Shown: positions 41,525-50,568 of the stretch, in pieces
Position numbering within the stretch: position 1 is the stretch's first letter
Layout of the letters: the number at the start of each line of letters is the position of its first letter
NCBI GenBank assembly: GCA_910584375.1
Contig: CAJUAH010000008.1
Location: 27,031 to 91,030 of the forward strand
DNA length: 64,000 nt
From: an uncultured Acetatifactor sp.
Lineage (GTDB): Bacteria > Bacillota > Clostridia > Lachnospirales > Lachnospiraceae
Reading direction: 5' to 3'
The notes under the pieces: generated by a model
Told to the model about the DNA's origin: nothing
Database searches by the model: none
What the model saw: the letters and a program-made list of their open reading frames with translations, nothing else
Translations under genes and position numbers: made by a program

Positions 41525-42511
41525 TTATTTCTCCTCGAACGGATATACCACGCCCCACTGCCGCCGCAGGCGATCCATCTGTTCCATGATCTCGACCGTC
41601 TCCGCGTGAGGCATCTCTTCGCACTCCGGCTCTCCTGCCTCCATGGCGCGGATACTTGCCAACACCTCATACTCATAGCCGTTGATCTGGGCGGGGATCT
41701 CCGGCTCCTGTACCAGGTTGCCCGCTCCGTCATACACCCGGATCGCCGAAAAATTGTTCAGCGTGTCCACCTCGATACGCCCCTTGGTTCCACGGATCTC
41801 TCCCCGGTTTACGGGGCCTGTCACCATAGAAGTGCGCAGATGGGCTTTTCTGCCGTTCTCGTAAGTGTAATAGATATCGTCCGTAGCGTCCACGCCTGTA
41901 TCCAGCTTTTCCGCGTGGGAAATCACCTCCGCCACCGCGTCCCCGAAATACATGGAGGCGAAAGTTAAACAGTACATCCCCAGATCCAGCAAAGCCCCTC
42001 CCGCCAGAGCCGGATCATACATGCGCTGCTTGTGGCTCAGAGGTACGGAAAATTCCGCCTCCAGGGAAAGGGGTTCCCCGATGGCTCCCTCCGCCAGCAG
42101 TTTTTCCACGATTTGTCTCGCGGGCATATAGCGAGTCCAGATGGCCTCTGTGAGAAAGACCTTCTTTTCACGGGCCAGTTCGATCAGCGCCCTGGCCTGG
42201 GCGGCATTGGCGGTAAACGCCTTCTCCACCAGCACCGCTCTGCCATGCTCCACGCAGAGCCGGGCGTTGTCGTAATGCATGGCGTGGGGCGTGGCGATAT
42301 AGACCAGATCTGCCTCCGGGTCTGCCGCCAGCTCCTCGTAAGATCCGTATGCTTTTTGAAAATGCCATTCCTGTGCGAAAGCCTGCGCCTTGTCCAGGCT
42401 CCGGGACGCCACCGCATAGGCGCAGACCCGGTCTTGCAGACCGTTTATCGCTGCCGCCATCTGTCCGGCGATATTGCCCGCACCAAGAATCGCCATTTTA
42501 ATCTGTCTCAT
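41525..42511 (-). CDS. Gfo/Idh/MocA family oxidoreductase
   Basis: GAGNIA, YIATPH, VEKAF and GGALLDLG. Confidence 0.93.
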   Translation of the reverse strand: MRQIKMAILGAGNIAGQMAAAINGLQDRVCAYAVASRSLDKAQAFAQEWHFQKAYGSYEELAADPEADLVYIATPHAMHYDNARLCVEHGRAVLVEKAFTANAAQARALIELAREKKVFLTEAIWTRYMPARQIVEKLLAEGAIGEPLSLEAEFSVPLSHKQRMYDPALAGGALLDLGMYCLTFASMYFGDAVAEVISHAEKLDTGVDATDDIYYTYENGRKAHLRTSMVTGPVNRGEIRGTKGRIEVDTLNNFSAIRVYDGAGNLVQEPEIPAQINGYEYEVLASIRAMEAGEPECEEMPHAETVEIMEQMDRLRRQWGVVYPFEEK

Positions 42512-42535
42512 TTATAGTTCCTCCTCTCGAAAAAT

Positions 42536-42895
42536 CTACGGTACGCCATAATACTCCAATATTTTTATGGCGTTTTCTATCGGGGAAGTATGGCACACAA
42601 AATCAGTCATACAGCCTTTATACTTTGGACAGGCCGTGCATTCCGCTATTCTCTCCGGCGCCGGAACGCGGCTTTTATTTTTTCCGGCTGTTTTGTACTT
42701 CTCTATCCGCTCCACAATGGGCTCTTCCGCCTCGATTTCACAGGTTCTTCCATATTGGGTTTCATAGTCGATAAAGTCCAGAATCGTCTGCATTTCCCAT
42801 TCCGTAATGTTCGGATAGTCTGATAACTTTTTATAGAATACGCCGTCCCAGCATTCGGTACAGTCAAAATTTCCTATTTTTATCACCAATTCTAC
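42536..42895 (-). pseudogene. Probable truncated hypothetical gene
   Basis: GGAGG followed by GTA rather than a start codon; Cys-rich protein-like frame that ends abruptly. Confidence 0.4.
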
Positions 42896-42962
42896 TGTTC
42901 CTCCAAGCGCCCGTTTCCCAGCTGATCCATGTAAATATACCCGTATGGTCACTCTGGGGATA

Positions 42963-43790
42963 TCAGAGTTTCCCCCTTTTTCTAAAATACTCCTGCATAA
43001 ACGCGCGCATTGTGGCATTCCTGTCAATGTCGCCACGAATGATATGCGTTTCCTTACGATCACCTTTTTTAAGCTCTATCTCTCTGTCGCCAATGGGAAT
43101 GACGCTACGTCCCCGGTATATGACTTCCACGGTTTTATCAGGAACGGGAACAAAATCGTCAAGATAGTACTTCCGAGCGGTCTCCTCTGCATCGTGATGG
43201 CAGCTTGCCGCGCGATCAGCCCAGGCGTCCACATCCGCACCGTGTTCGATCATAAGATCCAGCAGATACGTTAGTTTTTCCGCCGCAATATCTCTAAGTT
43301 CGGGATGGCGGTCATCACTGCGGATAATAAATTGGGCGGCGCCGCCGATACATGCGCCAAACGCATCCACATCCTGTCTCAATGAACTCTCACCAAATCT
43401 GACTACGGTTTTCCAGGATAAAACATTGGGGTCGGCGCCGCGCTCAAGCAGATCACGCACGATCTCCGTGGCTTTTTCAGCCGCCTGGATATCGGCTGTA
43501 ATACCGTCATACGCAAAGAACACGGCTCTGATCGCATCCTGAAGAACCGGCATGCGCCACACATATTCTTCGCCCTCAGGTTCTATGTAGTTCACGTCCG
43601 CGCCTTGCTCAATCAAATACTTTGCGATATCGAACTCACCGATCTTCAACGCAACCTGTAACGGCGACAACCCGTTGTCCTTTTTCGGAGGCGGAGTGGC
43701 GGCCTCGTTCACGGCCTCTGGATAACTGTTCAGTATCTGTCGGACTTCCTCGAAATCGCCGTGGCGTATGGCTTTAAACAGTTTTTTCAT
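42963..43790 (-). CDS. Ankyrin repeat protein
   Basis: GLSPLQVA...YLIEQGADVN, LLERGADPN and IEHGADVD. Confidence 0.85.
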   Translation of the reverse strand: MKKLFKAIRHGDFEEVRQILNSYPEAVNEAATPPPKKDNGLSPLQVALKIGEFDIAKYLIEQGADVNYIEPEGEEYVWRMPVLQDAIRAVFFAYDGITADIQAAEKATEIVRDLLERGADPNVLSWKTVVRFGESSLRQDVDAFGACIGGAAQFIIRSDDRHPELRDIAAEKLTYLLDLMIEHGADVDAWADRAASCHHDAEETARKYYLDDFVPVPDKTVEVIYRGRSVIPIGDREIELKKGDRKETHIIRGDIDRNATMRAFMQEYFRKRGKL

Positions 43791-43887
43791 TTTGATTATT
43801 CCTCCTCCGTCTTTTAAGCATGTAAACTTCTATATTCACTTTAGGACACTGCCCGGTTCGACCATTTTCGTGACCTCGCGAAAAAGG

Positions 43888-44910
43888 TCAGAAACCGTAA
43901 TAGTCGGACACTATTTCTATCGCTATTTCCCTCGCTTTAGTACTGGACACGTCTTTTTCGTCCGTCTCGCCCAGATATACGCAAAAGCTGATTCTTTTGT
44001 CCGCGTTGTCCGCAAACCCGGTAAACCAAGAATCTACGACGATGCCTTGCGTCTTGCCCATACCCGTTTTTCCGTAGATCAAAATACCCGTTTCATTTTG
44101 CTCCGGCAGCAGCATGACCTGTTCCAGTTGATCTATTGTCTGCTGTGAATAATCTGATTTGCCGCCAAAGATTTTTTCCATCACCTCTGCCTGTTCTTTT
44201 GGGGAGATCAGCAGGGAAGATTCCAGCCAAAAACCTGTCAGGGCCGGATTGCCGTTATTTGTGTTTAACCGGCCATTCCAATCGGATATATCGGCATTGC
44301 CGTATGAAAGTCTGCTTAGTTCCTCCTCCATCACCTGCTGACCGATCTCATCAATAACCTGGCGAAAATACCAGACGCAGGAAGTACGAAACGCATCGGA
44401 AAAATCGATATCCCTGTTCCACTCCTCAATTCCAAAGATTTCACCACTCCATTCACGAGTAGAATCATCAACTTGGATTACTCCGTTTTCCAACGCGATC
44501 AGGGAAGAAATGATCTTAAATGTGGAACATGGTGAGCGCCGGGTATCCGCCAGTTCCGGGTTATATATCCGGCAGTAGTTTTCTGTTGTATCTAAAATGA
44601 CCGCAGCGCCGTTGATTCCGTCGAAATAATATGACCAATCTGTCTCCACTGTGATCGGCTCGGTCTGTTCTTCCGGTGTTTCATCCGTTGCCGTCTCTGC
44701 GGGTTGCGTCATATATTCAGTTTCTTCTGTTTGTATCGCGGCTGATTGCGTTTCTGCCTGTCCTGTTTTCGCTTTTTGCGCATCCGCATCGGACATCTGT
44801 TCTTCCATCGTCTGTTGAGTCTGCAAATCCTCGTTTTCTTTTGAGCACCCCGCCAAAGAAAATATAGAAATCAGTATACAGAAGACGCAGATTTGTCTCG
44901 CCTTTTCCAT
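43888..44910 (-). CDS. Class D beta-lactamase-like lipoprotein
   Basis: Lipobox LAGC; STFK, SCV, YGN, FWL and KTG motifs. Confidence 0.82.
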   Translation of the reverse strand: MEKARQICVFCILISIFSLAGCSKENEDLQTQQTMEEQMSDADAQKAKTGQAETQSAAIQTEETEYMTQPAETATDETPEEQTEPITVETDWSYYFDGINGAAVILDTTENYCRIYNPELADTRRSPCSTFKIISSLIALENGVIQVDDSTREWSGEIFGIEEWNRDIDFSDAFRTSCVWYFRQVIDEIGQQVMEEELSRLSYGNADISDWNGRLNTNNGNPALTGFWLESSLLISPKEQAEVMEKIFGGKSDYSQQTIDQLEQVMLLPEQNETGILIYGKTGMGKTQGIVVDSWFTGFADNADKRISFCVYLGETDEKDVSSTKAREIAIEIVSDYYGF

Positions 44911-45126
44911 AATGCCCTCTTAAATTTCCTCCAAAATATGCGTTTTCATCATTATGCTTCCCGCATATATTTTATATTCCACACCACTTTCAATCGCCAT
45001 TTCTCTTGCAGCAACAACGGCTCTTCCTGCCAGAAAATCTTAAAAACAATTTTTTGAATCTTGTCTGATCCATGTAAAAATACCATTTCTGTAGCAACTA
45101 CAACGACTCCATATCCACGGACGCCA

Positions 45127-45368
45127 GTGGGCCTATACATAAAATTTGCAATTTTGTACCCACATTCGTCCCATGAGGTCAGGATTTTTCTGTTCCATTA
45201 CATCCCTTGTGGGTCTATGCAGAAAAATTTACTGTCGCTCCCCCTCTTTGGCTGCAAAACAGGGGGTAAAAGAGTTAATTTTTGTGTATAGACCCATTCA
45301 AGCCCCAAAACGGTCTATTTTTCCTCATAAAGTGGGTATAAAAATGAATTTTTTCTATATATGCCCAC
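45127..45368. repeat. Nested imperfect inverted-repeat element
   Basis: 37-bp outer arms (45127-45163 / 45332-45368) and 20-bp inner arms (45210-45229 / 45277-45296). Confidence 0.7.
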
Positions 45369-45615
45369 CAGAATCAAAAGCCGAACATCTTCCTTCGCAA
45401 AACGGATTCCATAATAATTTTGTCACAGATTCCACCCTTGCGCAGAACGCCATCTAATGATATTCCTCGCGTTGCTATGGCATATCTGATATATCTTCCG
45501 TTTTTTGTCCGTATCTACGCCAGAAACAAAACAGTTCACGCACATAATTTCAACATTTACTACACCCCATCAATAATTTATTCTCTGACAATTAGGGAAA
45601 TAGAAAGACCAAACA

Positions 45616-47352
45616 CTATCTTTCCGCAGCCCCGATCAACACTTTCTTTCCGCAAAAGGCAAATCCATATTTCCGTATACGCTCTTCCGGGAGGCCCTTT
45701 GCCACCAGGGACGCCTGATAGTCCCGCTCCTCAATCTGCCGCAGGGCTGCGGACACTGTATCAGACAGCTCTTTCTCACGCACACCCTGTACCTTGAATT
45801 CCAGAATCATGGCGTCGTCCTGGGCCTGATCCCTGGGCTCCAGCATCACGTCATAGCGGCCGAAACCGCTCTCCCGGTTGGATGTAATGCTGTAACGGTC
45901 CGCCAGTTTGACCATCAGGCCCAGGACAAAACCGTGATAGAAACGTTCCGGCGCATTGCTGGAGATATCCTCCCCGCCCTGTTTTTTCTCCCCTGTAGCG
46001 CCGCTGCCCGTATCAAAATAGCTGAACATCTCCAGCGTCACCCGGTTCATATACAGGTTCATGGCCTCCACATCGCCCAGGAGCAGCGCCCGAATAAAAT
46101 CATTGTAATCGGACGAAGGGCTCTCAAACCAACCGCGCACCATTCTCCGGAACATGACGCGAACCTCAAAATTGGTCAGCTCCAGCTCATAGTCCTCCCG
46201 CCATTCCCCGTCTTCCCCGATATATGCCCGGTAACTCTTCACTTTCAGATAACCGCTGGCCAGAAGAAGGCTCCAGATAGCATTATCCGTCATGGACAGT
46301 TGGTTATATACGATCTGTTCGTCGATCTCCGTCTTGATGCTTTCCCCTTGGAGTAACCGCTCAAATGCCTTTTTCACATCCGGGTTGCCCTCCCGGAGCA
46401 GCTTGCCCACCAGCCTGTTGGAGCTGGTATTGGACCAATAGGCGCCTGCCTTTTTCTCATCCAGAAAATTGATAATGGACCACGGATTATAGATATCCTT
46501 TTTACTGCCAAAAGTAAATCCATCATACCAATATTTAACTTGCTCCTTCTGATCCGACAGTCCGTATTCCTCCAGCGCCGCAAAGACCTCTTTCTCCGTA
46601 AATCCGAAAGAGTCCGCATAACTTTCTGAGGTAGTCGTTATCACTTTCAGATTATTGAGATCGGAAAACATGGATTCCCTGCTCACACGCGTAATCCCCG
46701 TTAAGATAGCCCTCTGTAGATAAGGATTTGTTTTGAATGTCGCGTTGAACAGACTCCTGGTAAACGCCACCAATTCCTCCCAGTATCCGCTCACATAAGC
46801 CTCCTGCATGGGCGTATCGTATTCGTCCAGCAGTATGATCGCTTTTTTTCCATAAAATTTCATCAGGCAGTTTGACAGAAGGTTCAGAGAATTGGCCGCA
46901 ACATAATCCTCCATGTCGTCGGACACCTTGCCAAATGCCCTCTTTTCGCTCTCATTCAATTTGTCGCTTTCCAGCAGAAAATGAAACTGGCTAAACAGCT
47001 CCGCTATGGTCTGGCAGATCTCTTTTCTGACATTTTCGTGGGATGCGCTCTTTATTTTCGCAAAACTCAGCGCGATCACCGGGTATGTCCCCTGTAAGTT
47101 GCGGTACTTTTCCTCCTGCCAGATGGAAAGCCCCTCAAACAGATCACTGCGCCCGGCATACTTTACCGAAAAGAACTGCTCTAACATGCTCATATTCAGC
47201 GTCTTTCCAAAACGCCGGGGGCGCGTGATCAGCGTCACGCTGTCTCCGCTTTCCCACCATTCCCGTATGAGATCCGTTTTGTCTATATAAAAATAATTCT
47301 CCTTTCGGATCGTCTCAAAATCCTGATTGCCGATTCCCACTGTCCTGGCCAT
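45616..47352 (-). CDS. AAA-like ATPase with C-terminal PD-(D/E)XK nuclease (PDDEXK_9-like)
   Basis: YIDKT, RPRRFGKT, LLDEYDTP, ERFYHG, SNRESGFGRYD and LEFK. Confidence 0.9.
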   Translation of the reverse strand: MARTVGIGNQDFETIRKENYFYIDKTDLIREWWESGDSVTLITRPRRFGKTLNMSMLEQFFSVKYAGRSDLFEGLSIWQEEKYRNLQGTYPVIALSFAKIKSASHENVRKEICQTIAELFSQFHFLLESDKLNESEKRAFGKVSDDMEDYVAANSLNLLSNCLMKFYGKKAIILLDEYDTPMQEAYVSGYWEELVAFTRSLFNATFKTNPYLQRAILTGITRVSRESMFSDLNNLKVITTTSESYADSFGFTEKEVFAALEEYGLSDQKEQVKYWYDGFTFGSKKDIYNPWSIINFLDEKKAGAYWSNTSSNRLVGKLLREGNPDVKKAFERLLQGESIKTEIDEQIVYNQLSMTDNAIWSLLLASGYLKVKSYRAYIGEDGEWREDYELELTNFEVRVMFRRMVRGWFESPSSDYNDFIRALLLGDVEAMNLYMNRVTLEMFSYFDTGSGATGEKKQGGEDISSNAPERFYHGFVLGLMVKLADRYSITSNRESGFGRYDVMLEPRDQAQDDAMILEFKVQGVREKELSDTVSAALRQIEERDYQASLVAKGLPEERIRKYGFAFCGKKVLIGAAER

Positions 47353-47691
47353 ATCCCACCTCTTTCCGGCGCATGCCTTTCCCATAGTTATAATATATCC
47401 TGTTTCTACCTCGAAATCAATTGATTTTTCCCATATTCCATGGCATTGCTCTTGTTTTATTGTTAGATGTGGCATAAAATATAAGCATACAAAAAATTGA
47501 ATCTGCAGACAGAAAGTCGAGTCCCATATTCTCTTGGATTCTGATAGAGCTATTCTTGTCGAAGCATTAAAAAAGACTTTTGAAAACCACAAACCTGTCT
47601 TTACTGGTGAACAGTTTGAGTCGGCTATAAATTTTGACGACCGATTTTAACATGAAGTAATCGGCTATAAAAAATGAATGGAGGTAACAGA

Positions 47692-48177
47692 ATGGCAGAC
47701 ATGTTGGTAAAATTATACAATATCCCCGATCCACACGATATAGAAAAAAAGTTGGCGGACCAGGGGATCCGAATAAAAAAGGCATTGGCCCCTGACCGGA
47801 GCAAGATCATCCAGTTCTCCAAAACCTGCGCGAAAGAGGACTATTCCGATGAGGTAAGAGCCACCTTTTCCAACAACCCCGTTACCTGTTATATAGCCAC
47901 CAAAGAGAAACAAATCATCGGATTCGCGTGTTATGAGGCGACCGCCAGGGACTTTTTCGGCCCCATGGCAGTGCTGGAAACAGAGAGAAAAAAGGGAATC
48001 GGAAAAGCGCTGCTGTTAAAATGTCTGGAATCCATGCGGGAGATGGGATACGCCTATGCCATTATCGGGTGGCCCGCCGCGTCCGCCGTAGATTTTTATA
48101 TCAAATGTGTGGACGCGGTTATGATAGAGGAAAAATCTTCCGGCATATACAAACGAATGATTGAAATAGATGAATAA
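47692..48177 (+). CDS. GNAT family N-acetyltransferase
   Basis: FFGPMAV...RKKGIGKALL and FY. Confidence 0.88.
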   Translation: MADMLVKLYNIPDPHDIEKKLADQGIRIKKALAPDRSKIIQFSKTCAKEDYSDEVRATFSNNPVTCYIATKEKQIIGFACYEATARDFFGPMAVLETERKKGIGKALLLKCLESMREMGYAYAIIGWPAASAVDFYIKCVDAVMIEEKSSGIYKRMIEIDE

Positions 48178-48313
48178 TAACAAATTTTCCGTCAACCTGC
48201 CCAGGATAATATAGCCCGGGTCCGGGACAAGCCGACATATTATACTGTCAGGCTATTGCTTAAAAAGAACCCGCGTATTACAATGGTTTCAATATGAATT
48301 GGAGGCTACATAT

Positions 48314-50506
48314 ATGAGAATCTTACTATTACTCAGAGGTTCGGCCGGGTGCGGCAAATCCACCTGGATCGAGGAGCACGGTCTGAAGAGATACGCCCTG
48401 TCCGCAGACGATATCCGCCTGCTGTGCCAGGGACCGTCCATGCTGGTGGACGGCTCGGTGGGCATCAGCCAGAGCAACGATAAGACAGTGTGGAAGATGC
48501 TGTTCAGCCTGCTGGAGATCCGGATGCAGAACGGCGAATTTACCGTGATCGACGCCACCAACTCCAAGACCTCGGAGATAAACCGATACAAGGAAATGTG
48601 CGACACCTACCGCTACCGGATGTACTGCGTGGACTTCACCGGCATCCCCATGGAGGAGGTAAAGCGCCGGAACCGGAGCCGGGAGCCGTTAAAACAGGTG
48701 CCCGACGATGTGATTGAGAGAATGTACTCCCGCTTTGCCACCCAGAAGATCCCCTCCGGCGTCAAGGTGATCACCCCCGAGGAATTGGACACGATCTGGC
48801 TGAAACGCATCGACCTGTCGGCCTACAGGCGTATTCACCATATCGGCGATATCCACGGCTGCAACACAGTCCTGCAAAAGTATCTGTCGGACAACGGCGG
48901 CATCCGGGACGACGAATTTTACATATTTGTGGGGGACTATGTGGACCGGGGCCTGGAAAACGTGGAGGTGCTGAACTTCCTCCTGTCCATAAAGGATCGG
49001 AAAAACGTACTGCTGCTGGAGGGCAACCACGAGAGATGGCTGTGGCTGTACGCCAACGACGAAGTGGGACGCTCCAAGGAATTTGAGCTGGTGACCAGGC
49101 CCGTTCTGGATGAGGCCCATATGGACAAGAAACAATTGCGCCAGTTATACCGGAAATTCGGTCAGTGCGCCTACTATACTTACGGGGACAAGGTCATTCT
49201 GGTCACCCATGCGGGCCTTTCCACAGTTCCCGACAACCTGTCCCTGGTGGCCACGGAGCAGATGATCAAGGGTGTGGGCAACTACAATGATTTTGAAAAG
49301 ATTGCGGAGACTTTCTATGAGACCACGCCGGACAACTATATCCAGATCCACGGACACAGGAACACCAAGCAGCTCCCCGTCATGGTCAACGACAGGGTAT
49401 ACAATCTGGAGGGCCAGGTGGAGTACGGCGGCTGCCTGCGGTGCGTTCAGGTGGATCCGGAGGGCATCAGAACCATAGAAGTGAAAAATGAAGTGTTCAA
49501 GACCCCGGAGATGCGGCAGGAACAGACCGTGACGGACAGCTCCATAGCCGACACCATCATCGCGCTGCGCGCCAACCGCCTGATCCGGGAAAAGAGATTC
49601 GGCAATATCTCTTCCTTTAATTTTACCAGCAAGGCGTTCTATGATAAGATATGGGACGAACAGACCACCAAGGCCAGAGGGCTGTATCTGGACACCCTGA
49701 AAGGCAAAGTGGCGGCCAGGGCTTACGACAAGTTTTTCAATATCAACGAGCGCCCGGAGACCAAATTTGACATGCTGCAATACAAGCTGCAATTCCCGGT
49801 CACCGCCTATGTAAAGGAGAACGGCTTTCTGGGGATCGTCAGCTACAACGAGTACGAGGACGAACTGCTGATCGCCAGCAAGTCCACTATCGACAGCCAG
49901 TACGCCGGGTGGCTCAGGGATATGGTGCATGAACAGGTTTCCGCTGACAATCTGGAAAAGCTGAAAGAATATATCCGGGAAAACCAGGTGTCTTTCGTCT
50001 TTGAATGTGTGGATATGCAGCATGACCCCCATATCATCGAGTATCCCGAGAGCGGCCTGTATCTGCTGGACATCGTGTATAACCGGATGGATTTTGCCAA
50101 ATACGAGTACGGCGATATGTGCCATGTGGCGGAGCGTTTCGGCTTAAAGCCCAAGGAAAAGGCCTGTGAGATTGCCTCCTGGCAGGAGTTCTATGACTGG
50201 TACTATGAGGTGCTGGAGGAGGACTACGAATACCGGGGACACAAGATCGAGGGCTTTGTCATCGAGGACAGCGCGGGATATATGACCAAGCTGAAACTGG
50301 CCTACTATAACTTCTGGAAATTTATGCGGGGTGTGGCCCATGAGGCCATTCAAAAGGGGCATATCTCCAAAACTTCCCTGTTGACCACCCCCACCGCCAA
50401 CGAGTTCTACGGCTGGGTGAGAAAGCTGCATGACGCGCCGGACCCTGACAGCATTCCCAGAGATATCTGTACGCTGAGAAATATGTTTTACAAGGATAAA
50501 GGGTAA
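48314..50506 (+). CDS. Polynucleotide kinase-metallophosphatase-RNA ligase fusion (Pnkp-like RNA repair enzyme)
   Basis: GSAGCGKST; GDIHG, GDYVDRG, GNHE, HAG, HGH; ARGL, KFFN, KENG, FE, EGFV, KLK. Confidence 0.85.
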   Translation: MRILLLLRGSAGCGKSTWIEEHGLKRYALSADDIRLLCQGPSMLVDGSVGISQSNDKTVWKMLFSLLEIRMQNGEFTVIDATNSKTSEINRYKEMCDTYRYRMYCVDFTGIPMEEVKRRNRSREPLKQVPDDVIERMYSRFATQKIPSGVKVITPEELDTIWLKRIDLSAYRRIHHIGDIHGCNTVLQKYLSDNGGIRDDEFYIFVGDYVDRGLENVEVLNFLLSIKDRKNVLLLEGNHERWLWLYANDEVGRSKEFELVTRPVLDEAHMDKKQLRQLYRKFGQCAYYTYGDKVILVTHAGLSTVPDNLSLVATEQMIKGVGNYNDFEKIAETFYETTPDNYIQIHGHRNTKQLPVMVNDRVYNLEGQVEYGGCLRCVQVDPEGIRTIEVKNEVFKTPEMRQEQTVTDSSIADTIIALRANRLIREKRFGNISSFNFTSKAFYDKIWDEQTTKARGLYLDTLKGKVAARAYDKFFNINERPETKFDMLQYKLQFPVTAYVKENGFLGIVSYNEYEDELLIASKSTIDSQYAGWLRDMVHEQVSADNLEKLKEYIRENQVSFVFECVDMQHDPHIIEYPESGLYLLDIVYNRMDFAKYEYGDMCHVAERFGLKPKEKACEIASWQEFYDWYYEVLEEDYEYRGHKIEGFVIEDSAGYMTKLKLAYYNFWKFMRGVAHEAIQKGHISKTSLLTTPTANEFYGWVRKLHDAPDPDSIPRDICTLRNMFYKDKG

Positions 50507-50512
50507 TGCCGA

Positions 50513-50560
50513 GGGCTGTGAAAAACGGGAGTTGAAAAACTCCGGCTTTCACAGCCCCTT
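50513..50560. terminator. Hairpin between convergent genes
   Basis: GGGCTGTGAAA...TTTCACAGCCC. Confidence 0.7.
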
Positions 50561-50568
50561 TCCTTATT

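Noticed and set aside
47420..47650. Possible plus-strand gene fragment
   Set aside because: No start and no recognisable family
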